Positions 38,137 through 48,277 of a DNA stretch of 64,000 bases are shown piece by piece. Position 1 is the stretch's first letter. Each line of letters opens with the position of its first letter. This DNA comes from Gaiellaceae bacterium. Its GTDB lineage: Bacteria > Actinomycetota > Thermoleophilia > Gaiellales > Gaiellaceae. The translations under genes were made by a program, and so were the position numbers. The notes beneath the pieces are model-generated. The model was not told the DNA's origin. It saw nothing but the letters and a program-made list of their open reading frames with translations, and ran no database searches. The DNA lies in contig DATBDB010000169.1 in NCBI GenBank assembly GCA_036270155.1, positions 4,316 through 68,315 on the forward strand. Direction: 5' to 3'.

Positions 38137-39621
38137 CTACGCCGCCCTGCTCTTCGCTGCGTCGCCGTACCCGAGCCCGGACGCGACGCGGCTTCCAAGC
38201 TCGGCGTCCACGTTCGTCCAGTAGGTGATCACTCGGGCCTGAACGGCGGGGGAGACGCCGTCGCTCGCGTGCGCCACGATGTTCGAGGCGAGATGCTCGC
38301 GGTCGGTCGGGCTCATGACATCGCGGACCATCGTCCCCGGCTGACCGAAGTCGTCGTCCTCGGCGTGCAGTTCGTAGGCGTAGCGGCCGATCTCCGACGC
38401 CTCCACCCACCACGTCGGCAGCTCCTTGCTCGGGTCGGCTTGCGGCCCGCCGTAGGAGTTCGGTGCGTAGACCGGGGTGTTGCCTGCATGGCGAAACGCC
38501 ATCGGGCCATCCTTCGTGTACGTGTGCACCGGCGACTTGGCCGAGTTGATCGGCAGCTGCTCATAGTTCGCGCCGATGCGGTGCAGGTGCGTGTCGTGAT
38601 ACGAGAAGACGCGCCCCATCAGCATCTTGTCAGGGCTCAGTCCGATCCCCGGCACGAGGTTGCCCGGCGAGAAGGCTGCCTGCTCGACCTCCGCGAAGTG
38701 GTTCTCGGGATTGCGGTCGAGGACCATGCGCCCGATCGTGATCGGCGGATAGTCCGCGTGCGGCCAAACCTTCGTCAGGTCGAACGGGTTGAAGCGGTAG
38801 TCCGCCGCGTCCTCGAACGGCATGATCTGCATCTCCAGGCGCCACTCCGCCGCGTCGCCGCGGGCGATCGCGTCCCACAGGTCACGCCGATGGAAGTCCG
38901 GGTCCTCGACGACCATCGCCGCGGCCTCGGCGTTGGTGAAGTTCTCGATTCCCTGGACGGTCTTGAAGTGGTACTTGACCCAGAAGCGCTCGCCCTTCGC
39001 GTTCATCCACGAATAGGTGTGACTCGAGTAGCCGTTCATGTTGCGCATGGTGCGCGGCGTCCCGCGGTCGGAGAAAAGCGTCGTGACCTGGTGGGCGCTC
39101 TCGGGCTTCAGCGTCCAGAAGTCCCACTGCATGTCGTTCGAGCGGATGCCGGTATCCGGCATGCGCTTCTGCGAGTGGATGAAGTCCAGGAACTTCGACG
39201 CGTCGCGGATGAAGAACACCGGCGTGTTGTTGCCGACGAGGTCGTAGTTGCCCTCTTCGGTGTAGAACTTCAACGCGAAGCCGCGCGGGTCGCGAACGGT
39301 GTCCGCGCTTCCCAGTTCGCCGGCGACGGTCGAGAAGCGCGCGAACATCGGCGTCTTCTTCCCGACCTCCGAGAGGAAGTTCGCGCACGTCCACTGCGTG
39401 ACGTCCTCCGTCACCTCGAAGAACCCGTGTGCGCCGGCGCCCTTCGCGTGGACGACCCGCTCCGGGACGCGTTCGCGGTTGAACCCCTGCATCTTCTGGA
39501 CGACGTAGGAGTCGTGCAGCACCGTCGGGCCGTTCGGACCGACGGTGAGCGAGTTGTCGTCGCTCGTTGCAGGAATTCCGACGTTCGTGGTCGTCGTGGG
39601 CGGGTGCTTGGCGTCGCTCAT
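38137..39621 (-). CDS. katA: monofunctional heme catalase (small-subunit type)
   Basis: RERVPERVVHAKGAGAHGFF, VFFIRD and FSYHDTHLHRIG-type motifs. 494 aa. Confidence 0.95.
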   Translation of the reverse strand: MSDAKHPPTTTTNVGIPATSDDNSLTVGPNGPTVLHDSYVVQKMQGFNRERVPERVVHAKGAGAHGFFEVTEDVTQWTCANFLSEVGKKTPMFARFSTVAGELGSADTVRDPRGFALKFYTEEGNYDLVGNNTPVFFIRDASKFLDFIHSQKRMPDTGIRSNDMQWDFWTLKPESAHQVTTLFSDRGTPRTMRNMNGYSSHTYSWMNAKGERFWVKYHFKTVQGIENFTNAEAAAMVVEDPDFHRRDLWDAIARGDAAEWRLEMQIMPFEDAADYRFNPFDLTKVWPHADYPPITIGRMVLDRNPENHFAEVEQAAFSPGNLVPGIGLSPDKMLMGRVFSYHDTHLHRIGANYEQLPINSAKSPVHTYTKDGPMAFRHAGNTPVYAPNSYGGPQADPSKELPTWWVEASEIGRYAYELHAEDDDFGQPGTMVRDVMSPTDREHLASNIVAHASDGVSPAVQARVITYWTNVDAELGSRVASGLGYGDAAKSRAA

Positions 39622-39844
39622 TCAGGTACCTCCATCATTCGGATCGCGTTTCCGACGAATCGTCCCCGCGCAAGCCCGTCACGGCGTCGGCTGCGGGTCG
39701 GCTCTTTGCCCTGCCGCGGGAGGAGAACCGGCTCTGCGCCGTGGAGCGGACGGCGTACCTCCTGCGTGGTAGACCGATGCCTCGTTCGGCGCAGGTGAAG
39801 AGCCAACTCAGGGTGGACGACAAGGTCGGCTCCGGTAATCAGGA

Positions 39845-40279
39845 TTGTCCGCGATGACCTCACTCCCACCGAGTGCAGATCAACCGACCGCAGATGAACG
39901 GCCTGAGGCGAACGGCGCCGGGCCGAGCGCCGGCCCCGATCTCCGCCGCTTCCTGGAGGAAGCCGAATCCAGTTTCGCCCAGGCGCTCGAGAAGATGGTG
40001 GCCGGTCCGATGTTCGGCATGCTGCTCGCGCAGACCGCCGAGAACATGGTTGCGCTGAGCAAGATCGCACGCGATTCGGCTGATCTCGCTGTGTCCAACC
40101 TGCGAATCGCAGGCCGCCGCGACGTTGTTCGCCTCGAGCGCCAGCTCGGGCGGGCAGAAGACAAGCTCGAGACGCTGCTGCAGGAGCTCGAAGGGGTGCG
40201 CAGCGAGTTGGCGAGCAGTCCTCGCGTCGCCGATCGCGCGCCGGATCTCGCTCCGGCGAGCGACGAAGTACCGTCGTAG
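39845..40279 (+). CDS. PhaE/phasin-like coiled-coil protein (start TTG 39845 or ATG 39854)
   Basis: C-terminal NLRIAGRRDVVRLERQLGRAEDKLETLLQELE resembles the conserved tail of PHA synthase small subunits and PHA-granule proteins. This is pattern recognition only. Confidence 0.5.
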   Translation: MSAMTSLPPSADQPTADERPEANGAGPSAGPDLRRFLEEAESSFAQALEKMVAGPMFGMLLAQTAENMVALSKIARDSADLAVSNLRIAGRRDVVRLERQLGRAEDKLETLLQELEGVRSELASSPRVADRAPDLAPASDEVPS

Positions 40280-40397
40280 GGCACGACCGTGGTCAGATCT
40301 CGGCGCCCAGGCCGAGCTCGTCCCGGACCAGTCGTAACCGCGGGTTTCCTGCTAGCTACCTTGCGCACCCGCGTCTGGAATTGCGAGGCTGTCTAAA

Positions 40398-40784
40398 ATG
40401 ACGCTTCGCTGCCTGATCGTGGATGACAGCCGGCTCTATCTCGAGGCGGCCAGGGCGCTGCTCGAGCGAGAGGGAATCGACGTCGCCGGCGTCGCCTCGG
40501 AATCAGCCGAGGCGCTGCTGCAAGCGGAGGCGCTCCGGCCGGATGTGATCCTGGTCGACATCGTGCTGGGAGAGGAGAGCGGCCTCGACCTCGTTCGTCG
40601 CCTGTCCGAGGACAGCCGGGCCGGGGGTGCAGCGCTGATCCTGATCTCGACGCACACCGAAGCCGACTTCTCGGCGCTGATCGACGAGAGCCCAGCGGCC
40701 GCGTTCATCCCGAAGCCGGACCTCTCGGCCGAAGCGATTCGCCGTGCCCTCAATGGTGGGGCCTCCGGCGATCGCGTTCAGTGA
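40398..40784 (+). CDS. single-domain CheY-like response regulator
   Basis: VDDS, ILVDIVLGEESG and FIPKP. No output domain. Confidence 0.85.
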   Translation: MTLRCLIVDDSRLYLEAARALLEREGIDVAGVASESAEALLQAEALRPDVILVDIVLGEESGLDLVRRLSEDSRAGGAALILISTHTEADFSALIDESPAAAFIPKPDLSAEAIRRALNGGASGDRVQ

Positions 40785-40801
40785 CAGGCGTCGCAGCCAC
40801 G

Positions 40802-41011
40802 TCAGCGGACGATGTCGAGCGCGAGGTGCGGCGAGCAGCCGCGCTTGACCAAATCGGCGATCTCGTGCCAGTCGACGAGCCCGGCGCAGACGTCGGCGAT
40901 CGCCCACGAGAAGCCAAGCCGTTGCAATTGTTCGGTTCGCCATGCGTTGACGGCTTGCTCCTCGTCGCTGCTCTCGACGAACTCGCCTGCGAAAATCTCA
41001 ATCTGTTCCAT
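40802..41011 (-). CDS. small conserved hypothetical protein (69 aa)
   Basis: GGAGGG RBS and ATG at 41011. The C-terminal VDWHEIADLVKRGCSPHLALDIV motif recurs in small actinobacterial proteins (from memory, unverified). Confidence 0.55.
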   Translation of the reverse strand: MEQIEIFAGEFVESSDEEQAVNAWRTEQLQRLGFSWAIADVCAGLVDWHEIADLVKRGCSPHLALDIVR

Positions 41012-41167
41012 CGCTCGTCCCTCCGAATCACGTTGCGTGGTCGCTTAAAAAGATCGCGCGACACGCTCGCGGCGTCATGTAGGGCAGCCGCGATTCGTTG
41101 GCGGGGGTAGCGGTACTTCTAAACGTCCCGTTAACCGGAACGCAACGCCGGCCCGCGCGACGCTTCG

Positions 41168-41887
41168 TCAGCGAGCGTCGAGAAACGTGATCACTGCGCG
41201 AACCCGGCGGTTGTCGTCGGATGTCTCCTGCAGTCGGAGCTTCCCGAGGATGCTGTGCACATGCTTCTCGACCGTCGCTTCGGTGACCCACAGCTGACGG
41301 GCGATACCGACGTTGGAGCGGCCTTCGGCCATCAACGCGAGCACCTCGCGCTCGCGCGCGGTCAGCACCTCGAGCGGATCGTCGACCGCCCGCGGGGAGA
41401 CCAACTCCCGTACGAGCGCGGGGTCCACGACGGAGCCGCCTTTGAGGATTCGCTCGAGCGTGTCGATGAACTCCACGATGTCGGTGACGCGGCTCTTGAG
41501 CAAATAGCCGACCGGGCTCCCGCTCGCGAGCAAGTCCCTCGCGTGCTCGACCTCGACGTGCGCGGAGAACACCAGGATCGCCGTCTCCGGAGCCTCGGCG
41601 CGGATCGCCCGCGCCGCATCCAGACCCTCGGTCGTATGGCTCGGTGGCATCCGGATGTCCACGACTGCGAGGTCGGGCCGGTGCTCCCGCACGAGTGCGA
41701 CCAGCTCCGACCCGTCGCCGGATTGGCCGACGACCTCGAACCCGGAACGCTCGAGGAGGCTCGCGAGACCCTCGCGCAGGACGACATCGTCGTCCGCCAC
41801 CACAACCGATCCGCGTCGCTCCGAGGGTGGGCCTTCTGGTTCTGCCGACACCCTCTTCACCTTATGCCTGCCCGCTGGGTGCAGCAA
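41168..41887 (-). CDS. NarL/LuxR-family response regulator (start may be GTG 41851)
   Basis: VVADDD, LAVVDIRMPP, YLLKS, and LTAREREVL...TEATVEKHVHSILGKL. Confidence 0.85.
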   Translation of the reverse strand: MLHPAGRHKVKRVSAEPEGPPSERRGSVVVADDDVVLREGLASLLERSGFEVVGQSGDGSELVALVREHRPDLAVVDIRMPPSHTTEGLDAARAIRAEAPETAILVFSAHVEVEHARDLLASGSPVGYLLKSRVTDIVEFIDTLERILKGGSVVDPALVRELVSPRAVDDPLEVLTAREREVLALMAEGRSNVGIARQLWVTEATVEKHVHSILGKLRLQETSDDNRRVRAVITFLDAR

Positions 41888-41996
41888 GGCTAGCTCTACG
41901 CCGGGCGCGGTAGGCGCCGGAACCCGGTCGTAGCGCCTCGCGGTAGTCGAAGATGGGCCCCGCGCCCGACGACGCTAGCCCTCCGAACGGCCACGC

Positions 41997-43079
41997 TTGT
42001 CGCACATGACTTCGGCGACGAGCACGAGCGGTGAGGCTCCGTGGCCGGTAAGGCTGCTGCCTGCCGCGCTCGAGTTCTCGAACATCCTCCTCACGACAGA
42101 TGACGCGATGATCGGGACGTCGGAGAAGGACGTCGTCTGGACGCACCGCAAAACGACGCTGTACCGCTATCGCTCCGCGCGCCGGGACGGCGGCATCCCG
42201 ATCGTGCTCGTGTTCGCGCTGATCAACCGGCCCGACATCTTCGACCTGCGACCGGGCAACTCTCTGGTCGAGTTTCTGCTCGAGGAGGGCTTCGACGTCT
42301 ACCTGCTCGACTGGGGCGTCCCCGATGAGGCCGACGGCGACACCGGCCTCGACTACTACGTTTGCGACGCGCTCCCGTGGGCGATCCGTGAGGTCCTGCG
42401 CTCGAGTGGGGCCCACGAGGTCACGCTTACCGGCTGGTGCATCGGTGGAACGTTGTGCGCAAGCTACTGCGCGTTGAACCCCGACGCCCCCGTGCGCAAC
42501 CTCGTGCTGCTGACGACGCCGATCGACGGTCGCGAGTCGCTCTACGCGACGTGGCTGGAGGAACTCGACATCGACGGGATCGCGTCGGCTGCGCCGCTCA
42601 TTCCCGGGCGTCTGATCGACGAGGCAAACAAGCTGATGAAGCCGGTCGCGAATCACTGGACGACCTACCGGAAGCTTTGGCAAGGCGTGCTCGACGGCGT
42701 CCCTCGCCGTGAGGCCTACCAGTCGATGGCGAAGTGGGTCGGCGACACGCCGTCCTTCCCCGCGCGCGCCTGGCACGAGTGGACGACCTGGATGTACACG
42801 GAGGGACAGCTCGTGCGCGGCGGAGCCAGCCTGCGTGGACAACCCGTCGACCTGCGTTCCATCGACCAGAGCCTGCTCGTTGTCACGGCGCAGCAAGACC
42901 ACATCACACCCCCCGGGAACACGGCGCCGATCTTCGAGCTCGTCGCGAGCACCGACGTCACGCACCTCGATCGTCCCGGCGGTCACATCGGCCTCATCGC
43001 AGGCTCGAGCGCGCGACGCCAGATCTGGCCGGCGATGGCCGGCTGGCTCGACGAGCGCTCTCACCCCCATACCCATTGA
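41997..43079 (+). CDS. phaC: class III/IV-type poly(3-hydroxyalkanoate) synthase catalytic subunit
   Basis: About 360 aa. Lipase-box variant GWCIGG, YLLDWG, and a conserved His near the C-terminus (GGHIG). Confidence 0.85.
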   Translation: MSHMTSATSTSGEAPWPVRLLPAALEFSNILLTTDDAMIGTSEKDVVWTHRKTTLYRYRSARRDGGIPIVLVFALINRPDIFDLRPGNSLVEFLLEEGFDVYLLDWGVPDEADGDTGLDYYVCDALPWAIREVLRSSGAHEVTLTGWCIGGTLCASYCALNPDAPVRNLVLLTTPIDGRESLYATWLEELDIDGIASAAPLIPGRLIDEANKLMKPVANHWTTYRKLWQGVLDGVPRREAYQSMAKWVGDTPSFPARAWHEWTTWMYTEGQLVRGGASLRGQPVDLRSIDQSLLVVTAQQDHITPPGNTAPIFELVASTDVTHLDRPGGHIGLIAGSSARRQIWPAMAGWLDERSHPHTH

Positions 43080-43092
43080 AGGAGGACGACGA

Positions 43093-43923
43093 ATGTCGAC
43101 AGTTGAAGCGAAGACAGACAACGAGGGGGTCGCACCGGGGCCCGGCTCGCTGCGCGGAAAGGTCGCGCTGGTCACCGGCGGCACGCGCGGCATCGGCGCG
43201 GCCATCTCCCGCAACCTCGGACTGGCAGGAGCCACGGTCGCCGCCGGATACAACACCAACCGCGAGCAGGCCGACGCGTTCCTCACTGAGTTGAACGCGC
43301 TCGGCGCCGACGCCACCGCGCACCCGGGCAACGTCGCGGATGCAGACGAGTGCCGGCGCACGGTTGAAGAGGTGATCGAGCAGCACGGCCGCCTCGACGT
43401 GCTCGTGAACAACGCCGGCATCACGATCGACCGAACAGTGTCGAAGATGAGCTACGAGGACTGGGCCACCGTCCTTGCCGTCAACCTGTCGGGAGCCTTC
43501 TTCGCCGCCCAGGCGGCCCTGCCGCACATGATCGAGCGGGGCTCGGGACGGATCGTGAACATCTCGTCGATCATCGGCGAGCAGGGCAACATCGGCCAGG
43601 CGAACTACGCCGCGTCGAAGTCAGGGCTCTTCGGGCTGACCAAGACGCTGGCGCGCGAAGCCGCGTTCCAGTTGCACCGTGCGGGGAGGCTCGACCCGTT
43701 CGGGCCGAACGTGACCGTCAACTGCGTCGCGCCCGGCTTCATCGCGACTGAGATGGTCGAGACGATCCCTCAGAAAGTCCTCGAGCGCATCACCTCGCAG
43801 ATCCCACTGGCACGGCTCGGTCGGACCGACGAGGTTGCGCGCGTCGTTCACTTCCTCTGCTCCGACGAGTCCGCCTACATCACGGGGCAGGTCTGGAACG
43901 TCAACGGCGGCATGGAGATGTAA
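43093..43923 (+). CDS. phaB: acetoacetyl-CoA reductase / 3-oxoacyl reductase (SDR)
   Basis: GGAGGA RBS. VTGGTRGIG, NNAGI, YAASKSG and the terminal NVNGGMEM. Directly downstream of phaC. Confidence 0.8.
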   Translation: MSTVEAKTDNEGVAPGPGSLRGKVALVTGGTRGIGAAISRNLGLAGATVAAGYNTNREQADAFLTELNALGADATAHPGNVADADECRRTVEEVIEQHGRLDVLVNNAGITIDRTVSKMSYEDWATVLAVNLSGAFFAAQAALPHMIERGSGRIVNISSIIGEQGNIGQANYAASKSGLFGLTKTLAREAAFQLHRAGRLDPFGPNVTVNCVAPGFIATEMVETIPQKVLERITSQIPLARLGRTDEVARVVHFLCSDESAYITGQVWNVNGGMEM

Positions 43924-44023
43924 GCCGCCGGCGGCTCCTAGCCGCCCTCCCCCTCACCACCGCACGACCCCGACCGGGGATGCACGAGCGGTGGTCCAAC
44001 CGGCCGCACCGGAGGTCTTTCAT

Positions 44024-45343
44024 GTGCAGGTTCGCCCCCTGATGGAGTACGTCCGCCTCAACGCACTCGACGAGCTGTTCCTGCACCTGGATCACCGGGA
44101 GGAGCCGTGGGTCGTCCACTACGAGGTCCGCATCGCGGGCCGGCTCGACGCGGATCGACTCGCCGCCGCGGTCGCCGCGGCAGCAGCGCGACATCCGATC
44201 GCCCGAGCAAGGCTCGCGGGCTGGCACGGCTCCGACCTGGGGTATCGCTGGGAGATTGCGGACGTGCTCGACACGCCGTTGACGATCGTCAATTGCGCCG
44301 ACGAAGCGGAGCTCGCCGCTGTGCGAGAGCGCCTCTACTCCGTCAGCCCGTCGCTTGCGGTTGCACCACCGTTCATCGTGGTGCTCGCGCAGACCGCCGT
44401 CGGCGATTCGCTGCTGCTCAATCTGCATCATGCGGCCGGAGACGGCATCGGCGCCGCCCGTCTCGTGCTCTCGATCCTGCGCGCGTACGCCGGCGTCGAG
44501 GATCTGCTCCCGCCGATCGACCCACTCGAGGTTCGCGACGTCTACGCCCTGGCCGGCGCCGCCTCCCCGGCGGAACGCTTCGAGCGGAGGCGCGCCGCGT
44601 GGCTGCAGGCCGTCGACGACTGGCTGGCGGGACCTCCGGCGCGGCTCGCGACGGAGGGCGGCGCCGACTGCCCGGGCTACGGCTTCGAGTTGCTCGCGCT
44701 GTCCGCGGAGGAGACGGAGGTCTTCCGCGGCCACCGTTCGCCCGGCACGACCCTCAACGATGTCCTGCTCGCAGGCCTCGCAGTGGCGATCGAGCGCTGG
44801 AACCGGGAGCACCACCGGCCGGCGCGTCGAATCGCGTTGACGATGCCGGTCAATCTTCGGCCGCCCGAATGGCGTACCGAGGTCCTCGCCAACCTCGCCT
44901 CCTACACGACCGTCTCGGTCGGCCGCGGCCAACGAGACGATCTGGAGACCGCCCTCGAGGCGGCTGTGAAAGGGACGCGCAGGATCAAGGAGCAGCGGCT
45001 TGCCGGGTCGGTTGTGGACCAGCTGCGGCGGTTGAGCACCCTGCCTCTTGCGATCAAGCGGATGCTCCCGGCGCTGATCCCCCTCACCGGCAACGTCGTC
45101 GTCGACACCGCCTCGTTGTCGAACCTTGGTGTGCTCGGGGACTTCCCGCGGTTGGGTGATGACGCAGGCACGATCGATGCGGTGTGGTTCTCGCCGCCGA
45201 ACCGCATGCCGCTCGGGGCGTCCTTCGGCGTCGCGACGTTCGACGACCGGCTCCACATCGCGCTGCGCTATCGCCGCGCGCAGTTCGACAGCGACGCAGC
45301 GGCAGCGTTCGCGAAGCTCTACCGCGACGTCCTCTCGACTTGA
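44024..45343 (+). CDS. WS/DGAT-like (condensation-domain superfamily) acyltransferase
   Basis: GGAGG RBS and GTG at 44024. Catalytic HHAAGDG (HHxxxDG). Confidence 0.75.
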   Translation: MQVRPLMEYVRLNALDELFLHLDHREEPWVVHYEVRIAGRLDADRLAAAVAAAAARHPIARARLAGWHGSDLGYRWEIADVLDTPLTIVNCADEAELAAVRERLYSVSPSLAVAPPFIVVLAQTAVGDSLLLNLHHAAGDGIGAARLVLSILRAYAGVEDLLPPIDPLEVRDVYALAGAASPAERFERRRAAWLQAVDDWLAGPPARLATEGGADCPGYGFELLALSAEETEVFRGHRSPGTTLNDVLLAGLAVAIERWNREHHRPARRIALTMPVNLRPPEWRTEVLANLASYTTVSVGRGQRDDLETALEAAVKGTRRIKEQRLAGSVVDQLRRLSTLPLAIKRMLPALIPLTGNVVVDTASLSNLGVLGDFPRLGDDAGTIDAVWFSPPNRMPLGASFGVATFDDRLHIALRYRRAQFDSDAAAAFAKLYRDVLST

Positions 45344-45354
45344 GCTCGCGCGCC

Positions 45355-46173
45355 CTACGCTGCCTCGTGCTGGAGCAGGAACTTGGCGATTTCCTCGTCG
45401 GCGCGCGGCTCGTCGGTGACGTAGGCGTGGCCGGCGCCAGGCCACATCTGCAGCTCCGCTCCGGGGATCGTTTCCGCCATGATGCGGGCGTTCTCTGGCG
45501 ACATCGTGGCGTCTTCCTCTCCGTGAACGACGAGTGTCGGTGCGGTGATGTGCGCGACGTTGAGCATCCGGTTGTGCGTCGCCGCGACGGCCACCTGGTG
45601 GATGTAGGCGAGCGTGGCGAGCGGCATGTTCTCCGGACGGGAATCGAGGCGCCGCGCGATGTCCTCCGCGATCCGTTGCGCGTGCATGCGGCGGGTCGTG
45701 AGGCCGTATGTGTAGGGCACAGCGGCCCACTCGGCCTCTTCGGGCGCCATCGCGCCGACGCGGGCAAAGAAGGTCAGCGTCTGCGGGTCGTGCGGAATCG
45801 CAGTTGGGCCGCCCGCTGTCGTGGCCCCGAGGACGAGGGCGCGCACCCGATCAGGATGGCGCAGCGCGAGGTCGAGCGCGACGATCCCGCCGAGTGAGAT
45901 CCCGTAGACGTGGGCGCTCTCCTCGTCCGCGGCGTCGAGCACGGCGATCGCGTCGTCTGCCATTTGCATCGCCGAGTACGGCAACGGCGTGAACGAGCTT
46001 TGCCCAGTGTCGCGATTGTCGAAAGCGAGCACGCGAAACGAGCGAGCGAGGACGTCGATCGTCCGCCAGGCCGAGTCGAGTGTCGTGCCCTGTCCGTTGA
46101 TCAAAAGCACCGGCGTGCCCGTCCCGGTCGACTCGTAATAGAGGCGGATCAACCTGTGCCGCGCGTAAGGCAT
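45355..46173 (-). CDS. alpha/beta-fold hydrolase (start ATG 46173 or 46218)
   Basis: VLLINGQG, GISLGG elbow, HGEEDATM and GAGH. Confidence 0.8.
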   Translation of the reverse strand: MPYARHRLIRLYYESTGTGTPVLLINGQGTTLDSAWRTIDVLARSFRVLAFDNRDTGQSSFTPLPYSAMQMADDAIAVLDAADEESAHVYGISLGGIVALDLALRHPDRVRALVLGATTAGGPTAIPHDPQTLTFFARVGAMAPEEAEWAAVPYTYGLTTRRMHAQRIAEDIARRLDSRPENMPLATLAYIHQVAVAATHNRMLNVAHITAPTLVVHGEEDATMSPENARIMAETIPGAELQMWPGAGHAYVTDEPRADEEIAKFLLQHEAA

Positions 46174-46454
46174 CAGGCGGGCGCCCTCCGATTCGCTCGC
46201 ATCGCGCACAGCATTCATCCCGTCGGCATCGAGGAGGCCTGGAAGCTGGGTCAGCGCCGACCGTCCGTGCGGACAGCCGCGTGGCAGGACGGGGGGAGGC
46301 ATCGTGGTGACATGCCTCGGGCCTGCTCCATCCTCCCCGGCGTCGGCCCGAGCGTCGTACCGCCGCTTCCCCGGCCGGCGGTTCCCGGTTCGCTCGTCGT
46401 CCATCGACTGCGGACCGGGAACTGCCGCTGGGTCGCTTTCGGCGGCAGGCTCGC

Positions 46455-47468
46455 ATGACCGGGTTCCCGATGATCGTCTCCCGCGGGCTCGGCAAGTCGT
46501 ACGGCTCGAACGTGGCCCTCGCCGGAGTCGACCTCGTCGTCTCACAGGGAACCATCCTCTGCCTCCTCGGTCGCAACGGCGCTGGGAAGACCACGCTGGT
46601 CCGCATCTTGGCGACGCTGTTGGCGCCCGACACGGGCTGGGCGCAGATTGCCGGTATCGAGATCCGCCGCGACGCCGCGCGGGTGCGCCAGCTGATCGGT
46701 CTCGCGGGCCAGTTCGCCGCGGTGGACGACGGCCTCAGCGGCCGTGAGAACCTGGAGCTCGTCGCCGGCCTGTACGGGCTGCATCGCCGCGATGCGCGTG
46801 CGCGGTCGCAGGAGGTGCTCGAGCGGCTCGGGCTGGCGCAGGTCGGCAATCAGCTCGTCCGCACGTACTCGGGCGGCATGCGTCGTCGGCTCGACCTCGG
46901 GGCGAGCCTCGTGGGGAAGCCCGCCGTGTTGATCATGGACGAGCCGACCACCGGCCTCGACCCGGCCAACCGCATTGAGCTTTGGAAGCTGATCGAGGAT
47001 CTCGTCCGCGACGGCACCACCATGCTCTTGACGACGCAGTACCTGGAGGAGGCCGACCGGCTCGCGGATCAGATCGTCGTGATCGAGCGGGGACGCGTGA
47101 TCGCCGGCGGCACTCCGGACGAGCTCAAGCAGCGCGTCGGCGGGGACGTGTTGGAGGTGCGCGCGACGAACGCCGCCGACGTCGACCGCATCGTCCAGTT
47201 GCTCGACGGGCTCGGCACGGGCCGGCCCGTCGCCGACATGCGCGACCAACGCGTCACCTTGCCGACGACCGAACGGGTACAGACGCTCCTGGCGGCCGCG
47301 CGCCGAATCGAGGAGTCGAACATCTCGATCGCCGATCTCGGTGTACGTCGGCCGTCGCTCGACGACGTCTTCCTCGCTCTGACGGCCCCCGGCGCGGAGT
47401 CGCGCGCCGCCGTCGCACGGCCATCATCTCCCGGCCGCAGTACCGAGACCCGGACGGCGCCGGCGTGA
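46455..47468 (+). CDS. ABC transporter ATP-binding protein (DrrA-like, ABC-2 exporter)
   Basis: Walker A GRNGAGKTT, signature YSGGMRRRL and Walker B LIMDEPTTGLD. Confidence 0.9.
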   Translation: MTGFPMIVSRGLGKSYGSNVALAGVDLVVSQGTILCLLGRNGAGKTTLVRILATLLAPDTGWAQIAGIEIRRDAARVRQLIGLAGQFAAVDDGLSGRENLELVAGLYGLHRRDARARSQEVLERLGLAQVGNQLVRTYSGGMRRRLDLGASLVGKPAVLIMDEPTTGLDPANRIELWKLIEDLVRDGTTMLLTTQYLEEADRLADQIVVIERGRVIAGGTPDELKQRVGGDVLEVRATNAADVDRIVQLLDGLGTGRPVADMRDQRVTLPTTERVQTLLAAARRIEESNISIADLGVRRPSLDDVFLALTAPGAESRAAVARPSSPGRSTETRTAPA

Positions 47469-48277
47469 GCGCGTTCCCGGTCCCCGAAGGCATCAGCCTC
47501 GGCAGGTCCCAGAATCCGTGGACCTTCGTCGTGGACACGCTCCGGCTGACGCGACGCAGCCTCTTGCTTGCTGTGCGCATGCCGCAGCTGATCATTCTCG
47601 GCCTGCTCCTGCCGACCATGTTCGTCTTGCTCTTTCGCTACGTCTTCGGCGGGGCGATCATCGTTCCGGGCTATCCCAGCTACGTCGACTACCTGATCCC
47701 GGGCATCGTCGTGCAGACCGCCCTCTTCGGAGGCTCGTCCTCCGCCGTGGGTGTGGCGGACGACCTCAGCAAGGGAGCGACGGACCGGTTCCGATCCCTG
47801 CCGACGAGCCGCGGCGCGATTCTCGCGGCACGTACGTTGGCGGATCTGGTGCGGCTCGCGTACACGATCGCGTTGATCATCGGCCTTGGTCTCCTCGTCG
47901 GCTTCCGCTTCCACAACAGCTGGCCTCAGGTCGTTGCCGGCGCCGGACTCGCCTTGCTCTTCGGCTACGCGGTCTCGTGGTTCTTCACCTTGATCGGGCT
48001 CTTCATGCGCAATACGGAAACCGCCGCGGTCGCCGGGTCGGTCATCGCCTTCCCGCTTGTTTTCGCGGCGTCGACGTTCACCGCGACGGCGTCGATGCCC
48101 TACTGGCTCAGGGCGTTCGCCGACCGGCAGCCGGTCAGCTACACGGCCAATGCGATCCGCGCGCTGATGCTGGGAACGGGGCCGGTGCGGAGTCCGGTGC
48201 TCTACGCCGTCGCGTGGTGCTGCGGGATCATCGTCGTTTCGGCGAGCCTCGCAACCTGGCGCTTCAAGAAGCTATAG
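47465..48277 (+). CDS. ABC-2-type transporter permease
   Basis: GTGA overlap with the ATPase gene. Six hydrophobic segments. Confidence 0.85.
   Translation: MSAFPVPEGISLGRSQNPWTFVVDTLRLTRRSLLLAVRMPQLIILGLLLPTMFVLLFRYVFGGAIIVPGYPSYVDYLIPGIVVQTALFGGSSSAVGVADDLSKGATDRFRSLPTSRGAILAARTLADLVRLAYTIALIIGLGLLVGFRFHNSWPQVVAGAGLALLFGYAVSWFFTLIGLFMRNTETAAVAGSVIAFPLVFAASTFTATASMPYWLRAFADRQPVSYTANAIRALMLGTGPVRSPVLYAVAWCCGIIVVSASLATWRFKKL

Noticed and set aside
39622-39844. Search for a recognisable peroxide-regulator operator (PerR/OxyR/CatR type) upstream of the catalase gene
   Set aside because: I found no convincing palindrome, so no claim can be supported without a motif scan.
43901-45730. 609-aa minus-strand ORF, with similar long shadow ORFs at 55956..57746, 57646..59082, 59265..60953 and 8458..9969
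   Set aside because: Each lies opposite a gene with unambiguous catalytic motifs (WS/DGAT, malic enzyme, MoxR, DUF58, epimerase). They have Arg-rich composition and no recognisable domains, so they are GC-rich shadow ORFs.
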